A stretch of DNA of 64,000 nucleotides, taken from Octopus sinensis. Taxonomy: Eukaryota. Numbering within the stretch: the first letter of the stretch is position 1; the number at the start of each line of letters is the position of its first letter. The notes under the pieces were generated by a model, which was given only the letters and a program-made list of their open reading frames with translations, had not been told where the DNA came from and searched no databases. Location: contig NC_043020.1 in assembly GCF_006345805.1 (NCBI RefSeq), positions 21,390,001 to 21,454,000 on the forward strand, written 5' to 3'. The position numbers and the translations under genes were made by a program. Of this stretch, positions 53,757 to 64,000 are shown one piece after another.

Positions 53757-54356
53757 TATTTATACCCTGGTAGATACAGTATAGCAAAGATCTCTACCAT
53801 TCCGTAGTATCCTGTTTATACCATGGTAGACACAGTATAGTAGGGATCTCCTTCTGTAGCACCTGTTTATACCCAGGTGAAGAGGTTGTACCAGAGACCT
53901 CTACCTGTCAATAGTACTCATTTTGTTACTGTTTAAAACTAAATCAGAAGGACAACATACATCACCCCTGGTAGGTAGTACACAGAGAGAAACTATGACC
54001 CATGGATTGTTGTGTGGTGAAGAACCAGGTTCAAACACTATTAACATGCTGGAACTTCTCTTAGAGTAACCAGAGGTCAGGTAGTGCTATTAAACTAGGT
54101 AGACTGATTAATTCTACCACTTGAACACAGAGACAATTCCTTTGACAGGCTTCCACACAGTTTTAGGTCCTTGGGTCAGTCTGAGTGTAGGATGAAAGCA
54201 GGACTGAACTCAAGATATTACTGCAAAGTTAATTTCTTTACTATTTGATCATGCTTGTGACCAACCTCACACACATGCAACCAATAATACAATCACAAAC
54301 ACACTCATAAAGCCAACAATGTGTACACACACAACCAATACTACAACTGTACAAGC

Positions 54357-54419
54357 CAGGTCATCTAAATAAGAAAAACCAACTCCTGCTGGGGCCTCCA
54401 GATACAGGATGTTTGCAAT
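54357..54419 (-). pseudogene. CTSA: Cathepsin A-like exon ([17 protein letters not shown]); 3' end uncertain
   Basis: Acceptor TTTATATTTTTCAG|ATT. It translates [20 protein letters not shown], versus human CTSA [20 protein letters not shown]. Similarity stops after DD and no clear donor was seen. Confidence 0.8.
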
Positions 54420-54619
54420 CTGAAAAATATAAATGAAGAAATAATAATAATTCTTTCCACTAAAAACTTGAAATTTTGAAGGAGGGGACTAGTTTATTAC
54501 ATCAACCCCAGTGTTTCACTGGTACTTAATTTATCAACCCCAAAAGTATGAAAGATAAAGTCAACCTCAGCAGAATTTGAACTTAGCAATGGGCAAAATA
54601 CTGCTAAACATTTTGCAGC

Positions 54620-55163
54620 AAGACTTCCGCCTGTCCCTGCCAAACCACCCTTTTTAAAGATTTTTTTTTTGACACAAACCCCACTTTTTGGCTACGGGGA
54701 ATACGAATCTGCAAAAAGATTAGTAAAAATTAACATTTCTAAATTACCATCCCACCCCCGTTTCCTTCATTTTAAACTTTTCCTGCAATTTTTTTTTCAA
54801 AATATGCGGAAAAATACAGAGATTATGATTCTGAAAAAAATTTCCAAAAATCTTTGTAAAATTTTTTTAAAGAACTTTTTTTTTCTAAGTATGCAGGAAA
54901 ATATGGACATCATGATTCAGACAAAAATTTAAAAACATTTCTGTACTTACGGTTACGGTTTTAGGGTTAGGGTTAGGGTTTTAGGTTTAGTGTTGGAGAA
55001 AAAAGTCAAAATTGAAGAAGTTGGGGGTAAAAATTTCACAATGCTGATTTTTGGCAATTTTTTGGAACTTCAGTATCCGAAAAGGGGGATTTTTGGCAAA
55101 AAAAAATTACAAAAATAAACAAATTTGGGAGAAAATGGTGAGAAGGGGGAGGGCGGATGTCTT
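54620..55163. mobile_element. MITE-like insertion with short TIRs and internal TTAGGG repeats, nested in a SINE
   Basis: AAGACTTCCGCC at 54620 and GGCGGATGTCTT ending at 55163. (TTAGGG)3 lies near 54961. SINE sequence resumes on both sides. Confidence 0.55.
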
Positions 55164-55845
55164 TCCCATTTTGCCTGGTGTGCTTATGATTTTGCCAGCT
55201 TGCCACCTTAATTATAATAGTAATCCTTTCTACTATAGACACAAGGCCTGAAATTTTGTGGGGAGGGGGATAATAGTTGATTACATTGACCCTAGTACTC
55301 AACTGGTATTTATTTTATTGACCTTGAAAGGATGAAAGGTAAAGTCAACCCTGACAGCATTTGAACTCAAATCATGAAGACAGACAAAATGCTGCTAAAC
55401 ATTTCACCCTGTAAGTTAATAGTTCTGTCAGCTTGCTGCCTTAATAATAAGAATAATAATTCATTCTACTAAAGGCACAAGGCCTGAAATTTGGAGGGAG
55501 GGGACTAGTTGATTATATCAATCCCAGTGTTTCACCGGTACTTAATTTATTGACACCGAAAGGATGAAAGGCAAAGCTGATCGCAGTGGAATTTGAACTC
55601 AGAACATACTGACCGGTGAAATACTGCTAAGCATTTTATCTGACATGCTAAGGATTCTGCCAGCTCACCATCCTTTCTACTAAAGGCACAAGGCCTGAAA
55701 TTTTGAGGGAGAGGACCAGTTAATTACATTAACCCCAGCACATAACTAGTACGTAATTTACTAATCTGAAAAGGATGAAAAGCAAAGTCTACTTCAGCAG
55801 AATGTATCAACATCCTAACAGTGGTGCCAGCTTGCTGCCTTAATA
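55164..55845 (-). mobile_element. Head-to-tail array of decayed SINE copies
   Basis: Repeated CTACTAAAGGCACAAGGCCTGAAATTT...GAACTCAG...GCCTTAATAATAA units. Confidence 0.75.
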
Positions 55846-55859
55846 ATGAGAAAAACAAC

Positions 55860-56970
55860 TGAGAAGGTTATAGCTCAATTGATTAGGAATAGAATTAAAC
55901 TAGATGAGATGCAGTTTGGTTTTGTACTGGAAAGAGTACCATAGATGCCATCTTCCTAGTGAGCTGTAGGAAAAGTACTTGGCCAAAAATAAGACATTGT
56001 ACTTAGACTTCATCAACCTGGAGAAAGCTTTTGATAGAGTTCCCTGCACTGTTATATGGAGATCTCTAAGGAAATTAGGAGTAGAGGAGTGGCTTGTTAG
56101 AGCTGTACAAGCCTTGTACAGTGGTGCTGTCAGTAAGGTCAGAGTTGGTCATGAATCCAGTGATGAATTTAATGTACAAGTAGGGGTCCACCAGAGCTCA
56201 ATTCTCATCCCACTCTTATTCATTATAGTCCTCCAGGCCATAACAGAAGAATTCAAAACTGGATGACGATGGGAACTGCTATATGCTGATGACCTTGCTC
56301 TTATTGCAGAATTGGAGAAAAAATTCAAGGTATAGAAACAAAACCTGGGATCAAAGGGCCTTAAAGTTAACCTAACAAAGACCAGAGTTGTTGTTAGTAA
56401 GAAAGAATATAAAACTCTCTTTCTATAAGGTAAATGGCCCTTCTCAGTTTGTAGGAAAGGAAGAAATACCATTTGCTGCACTAGGTTCAGCAAATAGACA
56501 CATAAGAGATGCAGTGGAATCACAGGTAGATTAACAGATAAACTCTTTGTAATGGCAGATGTGCAGGAACAATAAGCACTAAGAGCACACGGGACTTAGA
56601 TTCTCTCAAATGTCCAAAAGGCTCTCTTGAGGTTGTAGATAGTTTCTGTTACCCAGGTGACCTAATTAGCAATAGTGGAGGATGCTCTGAAAGTATTGTT
56701 TCTAGAATAAGAATAGGGTGGAGAAAGTTCAGAGAGCTATTACCTCTGTTGGCAACAAAAGGTTTCTCTCTCAGAGTGAAAGGTATACTGTATGGTGTGT
56801 GCAAACAGCTGTACTCCATGGTAGTGAAACATGGGCTTTGAATGCAAAAGATGTGTAGCCTAGAGAGAAATGAAGGCAGTATGCACTGTTGGATGTGCAA
56901 AATCAGAGTGCATGTATGGCAAAGTGCAAATATATTGAGAGAAAAGTTGGGCATAAGAGGAATCAAATGT
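55860..56970 (+). mobile_element. RTE LINE RT fragment
   Basis: LEKAFDRVP, VQVGVHQ, LLYADDLAL and LERNEGSM. Confidence 0.88.
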
Positions 56971-57673
56971 AGTTTTGTTGATGTAGGTGGGTCTTCTCAA
57001 GAACCTCATATCACCAGACATCTCAGTCCATTGTCATTTCCTCTGTGAGGCCCAACATCTTAAGATTGGTCTTATTACTTCATCCCATGTCTTCCTGGGT
57101 CAGCCTCTTCCAAGGATGGCATCCACTTTCAGTGTGCGGCACTTCTTTATGCAGCAATCCTCACTCATGCACCACATGTCTAAACCAACAGTCTTCTCTC
57201 TTGCATGCTACATTTGATTCCTCTTGCTAAAACTGACCTCACCTGTGCCATGTAAAAAGCACTGAGTCCACTCTGTTGGGTGGTTGGTGTTAACATTGGG
57301 TATCCTGCCAAACAAAGAAGTCTGTTGCAGGCTGCTTCTGCCTGGCCAGCATGGAAGGCAGACATTAAACAATGCTGATGCTGAATAATCCTTTCTACTA
57401 AAGGCACAAACCCTGAAATTTGGTTGTAGGGGACTAGTCGATTACATCACCCCCAGTGTTTTGCTAGTACTTAATTTATCGACACTGAAAGAATGAAAGG
57501 CAAAGCCTCCTCAGCAGAATTTGAACTCAGAAGTACCGACTGGTGAAATACTGATAAGCAATTCACCCAACTTGCTAATGATTCTGCCAGCTCACTGCTT
57601 TAATAATAATAATGCCATGATGCAGTACTAGGCAGTGGCTCTCATGGCTTCTGATCTTAACTGATTGGAAGTA

Positions 57674-58107
57674 TGAGGTGATATCAAAAAGTTCCCAGAG
57701 TAGTTCTGTTGTATGCTCAGTGAGAGCCATCAGTGACCTTCATGAATCAGTGTGCCAAGTGACATCATTGTGCTTACTTCGCAAGTTGTGAAATTTGTAT
57801 TTTTGTGATCAGATCTATGCTGTAGTCTGTGATTTTGTCATGGACAGAAAGTTGAAACAATGAGTCAACAAAAATGCAGTTCAAAGGTCATGGTTTTAAC
57901 ACCATTGTTGAAATCCAGAACAAATTGCAAAAGGTTCTCAACTTTCTTACAGAAAACGACATTCAAGCTGGATTACAAAAGGACTGCTGGGACTAGTGTA
58001 TTGCTGCACTAGGTGACTATTTTGAAGGAGATGATGTTAAAACTTAGGTAACTAAGTTATCTTTTTATTAAACATAACTAGTCTAGGAACCTTTTGATAC
58101 CACCTTA
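57674..58107 (+). mobile_element. Internally deleted mariner with TIRs
   Basis: TA|TGAGGTGATATCAAAAAGTTCC ... GGAACCTTTTGATACCACCTTA|TA. Encodes a C-terminal WD*CIAALGDYFEGD. Confidence 0.8.
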
Positions 58108-58685
58108 TATTATCATGTACATGTTTTGTATTGGTATAAAACATGGTCATAATAATGATAATAGTGATAATATTTACACCATGGCTGGACATTGATTGCT
58201 GATAAGAGTGGGAGATAACCTACTATCTACCCTCACAGCCAACAGGTGGTGTAGCTGAAGGAGGATGACATAGCCAGAAGCCGATGACCAGCAGAAGAGG
58301 GAGATTACCCCCATTGTTTATATCCCGTTCGTTTCCCCCCTCCTTACTTTAAAGAGGTCATAGACCAACAAGTCTTAGGGTCTGATGATACACCATAAAG
58401 ATACTCTTTATGGCAAGAAACACAGGGTAACCCTATAAACAGACACACACACATATATATATATATAAGAGTAGAAATTAATATTAAATAATATCAATTT
58501 CAACTAGTGGTCAGAATACTTAAAAAAATTTGAGGGACAGGACTTCTATTTAAATATAAACAATTGGAGAGCCACTATGTGGATTTCTTATATGCTAAAA
58601 ATAGACATCAAACCGTCTTACTTCGAAATCTGTGTTCTCAAATTAAACATCTAGCCTTGTGCTAATTTGAGAACACAGATTTCGG

Positions 58686-60549
58686 AGGGGGTCATAGCCC
58701 AACTGATTAGGGAGAGAGTCAGTTTGGATGAGATGCGGTTTTGTTTCATGCCAGGGAAAAGCACCACTGATGCCATATTTCTGGTAAGACAGCTGCAGGA
58801 GCAATACCTAGCCAAAGATAAGCCCCTGTACTTGGCTTTTGTTGACATGGAGAAAGCCTTTGACAGGGTCCTCTGATCCCTTATCTGGTGGTCAATGAGG
58901 AAACTAGGGATATATGAATGTTTAGTTAGAGCTGTGCAAGCCATGTACAGGGATGCTGTAAGTAAGGTGAGGGTTGGCAATGAGTACACTGAAGAATTCA
59001 GAGTACAGGTAGGGGTCCACCAAGGCTCAGTCCTCAGCCCCCTCCTATTTATCATAGTCCTCCAGGCAATAAAAGAGGAATTCAAGACAGGATGCGCCTC
59101 TATGCTGATGACTTTGCTCTAATTGCTGAGTCAATATCAGAACTAGAGGAGAAGTTTCAAGTGTGGAAACAAGGATTAGAATTGAAGGGCCTTAGAGCCA
59201 ACCTAGCTAAAACCAAAGTAGGAAGGCAGGCAAACCACAAATCCCTTCAGTAGATGGTGCTGCCCAATCTGTAGTAGAGGCATAGGTAGAAATTCTATAA
59301 GATGTACCCAGTGTAAGCTATGGACACATAAGAGGTGCAGTAATATCAAAGGAAGGCTAACTGGGAAGATAGTTTTTGTATGTGGCAGATGCTCGGGAGC
59401 AATAAACATTGAAAATGCGCAGAGAACAACTTCCGCCACATTCCAGGGAGAAAAACTAGAAGTAGTTGATAGCTTCCGTTACCTAGGTGACCAAGTCAGT
59501 AGCGGGGGAGGGTGCACTGAAAGTGTAGCTGCTAGAATAAGAATAGCTTGGGCAAAGTTCAGAGAGCTCTTACCTCTGCTGGTGACAAAAGGCCTCTCGC
59601 TCAGAGTAAAAGGCAGACTGTATGACGCTTGTGTACAAACAGCCATGCTACATGGTAGTGAAACATGGGCCGTGACTGCTGATGATATGCATAAGCTCGC
59701 AAGGAATGAAGCCAGTATGCTCCACTGGATGTGTAATGTCAGTGTGCATACTCAACAGAGTGTAAGTACCTTGAGAGAAAAGTTGGACTTAAGAAGCATC
59801 AGATGTGGTGTGCAAGAGAGACGACTGCGCTGATATGGTCATGTGGTGAGGATAGCTGTGTGAAAAAGTGCCACACCCTAGCGGTTGAGGGAACCTGTGG
59901 AAGAGGTAGACCCAGGAAGATCTGGAATGAAGTGGTGAAGCATGACCTTCGAACTTTAGGCCTCACCAAGGAAATGACTAGTGACCAAGACTTTTAGAAA
60001 TATGCTGTGCTTGAGAAGACCAGGCAAGCCAGATGAGACCATAACCCCGTGGACTATGCCAGGAGCGTAACCAGCCTGCTTATGCGTACCTTTTGCTTCT
60101 TTGGACACTAAACTCTGCTTGCAAAGACCTGTTGAGGCAAGTGAAATCAAAATCAAAATTGATGACTGGCATCCATGCTAACGGGGTGCAAAGAGCACCA
60201 TACGAGTGTGATCGTTGACAGAGTGGCTAACTGGCTTCCGTGCCAGTGACACATAAAAGGCACCATTCAAGCGTGATTGTTGCCAGCATTGCCTTACTGG
60301 CACCTGTGCCGGTGGCATGTGTAAAAAGATTTGAGCGAGGTTGTTGCCAGTACCGCCTGAATGACCCCCATGCCGGTGGCACATAAAAAGCACCCACTAC
60401 ACTCTCGGAGTAGTTGGCGTTAGGAAGGGCATCCAGCTGTAGAATCTCTGCCAGATCAAGATTGCAGCCATCTGGTTCGCCAGCCCTCACTCAAAATCGT
60501 CCAACCCATGCTAGCATGGAAAGCGGATGTTAAACGATGATGATGATGA
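58686..60549 (+). mobile_element. RTE LINE, 5'-truncated, with (GAT)n tail
   Basis: PGKSTTDAIF, AFVDMEKAFDRV, GVHQGSVLSPLLF, YADD and MLHGSETW. The 3' UTR ends TAAACGATGATGATGATG. Confidence 0.92.
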
Positions 60550-61009
60550 CTAGTATCCTTATATATCAATATATTTATATCTTATATGTAAAGCATAATA
60601 TGTTATATGTATGTATATTATTGTAATTTTCAGTCTAGTAAATATATATATAAGTTAACATAATATAATGTCTAAAAGTTGATGAACTACCTATTGATCC
60701 CCTCCATTTTTTTATTGCTAAATAAATTAATAGTAAAATATCTCTTTACCTTCACCCATTTGGTACACTAGGTAATGTAATTGCAAAGCAATAAAAAACA
60801 CTTGTGTATTAATAATTGGGTATTCTACCAGCAGTATATTGGATAGATATTATCCCTTAGTGGGTTGGATTCACAACCTCTTTCTTGGAGTTTATATATA
60901 TATATATATATATATATAAGGACAAGATCGATATTTAAATACAGATCTTATCAGGTGGCCAGCATGGGAATAAAAACCTTTCAAAGGTAATAATTATTTA
61001 AAATTATAA

Positions 61010-61083
61010 CTGGAAATAGCAGTCAAAACGTGACTCTAAAACCACATTTGGTTTTAGAGTCAAGTTTTGACTGCTATTTCCAG
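61010..61083. repeat. 35-bp inverted repeat (one mismatch, 4-nt loop)
   Basis: CTGGAAATAGCAGTCAAAACGTGACTCTAAAACCA-CATT-TGGTTTTAGAGTCAAGTTTTGACTGCTATTTCCAG. Confidence 0.9.
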
Positions 61084-62832
61084 CATTGTGGTATCTCTTA
61101 GATACCCTAAATTATAATTTTAAATATATATGAGTAAATAGTAGTAAAGAACTTAGTAAACATGAATTTGATTTTACCACAAACAATCAAATTAATACCA
61201 AATCTGAAAGATATTATCTCTGCAGTTGTTCTGAACAGGACTCCTGTTCTGATGTAAAAACTAACACTTCTTTTTTCGAGCTGAAATTCAAAACTGAATG
61301 ACCAACGCACACACAGACACAAGACATGCCCAGTTCTACCTCCTCTTCACATCGACACAGTATTTCCCCTGTTTATTTTCTACTTCGCCAACTCGAAGCA
61401 AGCTGGAATTTTCTGGTGTATACAACATGTAAATGCAAGTGTCGATTAAATAAATTATTTAAACCACAATCCGATGCTTTCCCATTGTTTTACTTTGATG
61501 TCATCCATGTGCCTATTTCATCTGCTACATCAACAGCATCTTTTGCTACACCATCCCGCTACAATGGTAATAATAAATCTAAAACTATATGTAATATATA
61601 GATGAAAAGTAACATCCGAGGGAAATGAATACTTATACATCGGCGCAGCTGCATTAATTTTCAAAAGACTGGCTAATCACTTAAATTCATTTAAATATAA
61701 AAATAAAAAGTTCCAAAGAAGTCTAAGTAGGTTAATTTGGTCTATTAAAGACAGAAACAAAGACTATACTATCAACTGGGAATTAATTAGACTGCAAAAC
61801 CAGACAGACCAGGAACTAATAACTGTGACCTATATATAGAATTTTACCAATTTTCTTTTTACATCTGAGGGTAATATAATAAATTCTAGACAAGAACAAG
61901 CTTTAAGATGCTTGCATATAAGAAAATTTGCCTTTGTTCAATATAAATGGATTATAAATATTTAAACAAGCTTTTCTGAAATAACTGACAATAAGGAATA
62001 AACAAGTGATTATCCGTTCAATACTTAGAATTAAAGATAGTTCACATCTAAATTAACATACAACTCCGCATCACTGGATGCAAAGAAAATTGACAGAAAA
62101 CTTTAATCAGTTAAATGTCAGAGGATATTAAAGTGAAAACCCAGAAGAAACTGCACGGGTATTATAGTAAGGTTGCAATTACAACGGTTACTAACCAATG
62201 CAGTAGAAACATATGTAGGTCTATTTGAGGCTGTATTTATATATAAACCCAAAAGCCCAACCGTAACACCATAACTTTCACCCTAGTGCTTCTCAAACTT
62301 TCGTTTTTGAATTTCTGCAATTAATTGTTTCCATAAACTGTATAACGTAGTTTTTTTTCTTTCTAATATATCGTTCAGTTTGATCTTCAAAACCCGGTGT
62401 TGTAATATATCACTTTCAATTTGTTACGCAGTATAAACCAGCTTCCAAATTCTTTTTTCTGATTGGGTAAAAACAACCAAACTTTAAACCTCTGAACATT
62501 TTTCTATTTTTTTTCCTCACATAAGTGAATAACATCAGATTCAGTCTGAAAATTTACTTCAATATACCAAATTTTAAAATTTCAAGAAGTGAAAGCCAAA
62601 CAGAAAAGATCCGTTTCTTCTTTTGAATAAATTGCGCAATGTCATTTAACCAGAAATTTATCAAGCTTTTCTCATTGCTTTGGTGTGCTATTTTCTATCA
62701 TTAATAAAAATGTGGGCATTTCTTTTTACAGCATTCGGATCTTTTCCTTTAGAACGGCACTTTGTAACAATTTCTAGGTAACTAAAAAGTTTTAAACTTC
62801 GTATACTGGTAGAATGTGTTTATAAAACATCA

Positions 62833-64000
62833 TGTGGTGTGATGGTGAAGGAGTGTGACGGAATGGGGGAGAGCGGAAGTGGGGCTTGCAGGTCTTGCAG
62901 GGCGCATGCGCCGACGGAAGCGGAAGTGACAGACAGAACGCACGTGCGGCATTGACCAGTTGCACCAGACACGATGAAGACGCGACACGAGCTAGTTGGC
63001 TAAAGGCGATCCGAGTTCATCTCCGACCAGGTAAGACCCAATTACATTTCCATTCCTTCCTTGTTCTGTTGTACTCTTTTCACCATTCATACTACAAGCT
63101 ATTTCGGCAAATAATCACTGGGACCGGCAAATAATCACTCGGTTTCGTAAAAATAACTCAGCGCAGATAAAGTGGAGATCCGACTTATGGAGGCCTTTGC
63201 GGAAGGAATGTTTGAAGCATACGCTTGGCTGGGTAGAATGAGATGGACCGGACAACAGGGGGACGTGTTCGCCAGTGAGCTTAGAAGGTTGGCTAAACTG
63301 GCGGGATATGAGGGAGAGTCGCTAGAACGGACGGTTAGGTTAGCGTTCGTGACCGGCTTTCCCAACATCATGTCGGTTGAGCTACAGAAGCTCCCGAACG
63401 TGCGTTCGATGCCGATGGCCGATATCATATCGCGGGCACGTGTACTGGTTTCGTGCAGCAGGTTGACGTCGGTAGCAGCGACTGTAATGTCGAAAAGTGG
63501 CCCAGCTAGAAGCAACGGAGAGGGGCTGAGGAAAGAACGTGTGCGATCGTTCAAAGGACAGTGTTTCCGGTGCCAAGGCCCACACACGGTCCGTGACTGA
63601 TTGTCGCCCAAGCCTGAGGTGATTTGCTACCGGTGTCGAGAGCCAGGGCATGTAGCCAGCGAGTGTCTGTGGGGAAATGGACCGCGGGAGACTACTGCGC
63701 CAGTAGTTGTCCCTTTGGATTAGTAGCGGCGCGTTTATCATCGTTACCTGTGGTCGACATTCTGGTGAAGGGGAAGATGTCGCGAGCCCTGGTGGACACG
63801 GGCTGTACGACGACCCTGATGACCACAGAAGTGGCAGAGACGTGGAGTGGAGGAAGCAGTGTTAGGGCAGTCGACGGAAGAGAAGTTCACTGCGAAGGGG
63901 TTACGGATGCGCAGATTGTGGTGCAGGGACTACGGCTGACGTTGCGAGCGATTGTGTTTGGTCACTTGGTGGACGAGATCGACGTGGTGATGGGGATAGA
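62833..64000 (+). mobile_element. Ty3/Gypsy LTR retrotransposon: 5' LTR (62833-63096), gag and protease; continues past the window end
   Basis: LTR TGTGGTGTGA...TCATACTACA. Gag zinc knuckles CFRCQGPHTVRD* and CYRCREPGHVASEC. Protease ALVDTGC. GC- and CpG-rich. Confidence 0.9.

Noticed and set aside
61051-61060. GTTTTAGAG, resembling a type II CRISPR repeat start
   Set aside because: It is a single occurrence within a hairpin. There is no repeat-spacer array or cas gene, and the context is eukaryotic.

Overview
This is AT-rich animal genomic DNA dense in microsatellites and transposons. The tRNA-derived SINE families and RTE LINEs point to an octopus (coleoid cephalopod). There are no prokaryotic operons or CRISPR arrays. 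Host-gene content: (i) the first two coding exons of TRAPPC9 on the minus strand (16620-16315 and 15868-15360), followed by an intron of more than 15 kb; (ii) an intronless, decayed copy of the POLQ polymerase domain inside that intron (about 2345-2990, minus); (iii) two exons of a cathepsin A-like S10 serine carboxypeptidase on the minus strand (54419 to about 54357, and 51492-51419) with an altered catalytic-serine motif. The rest is mariner, hAT, Tigger, piggyBac, Helitron, Penelope, RTE, R4, CRE, CR1, Tx1 and Gypsy remnants, plus SINEs. The most notable unannotated signal is a set of minimal type I hammerhead-ribozyme motifs. Two are nearly intact (11047-11121 minus, 50297-50342 plus) and several are degenerate. 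The intact ones sit in about 400-500 bp direct-repeat-bounded units resembling retrozymes or Penelope pseudo-LTRs. All homology calls come from remembered family motifs, not database searches.
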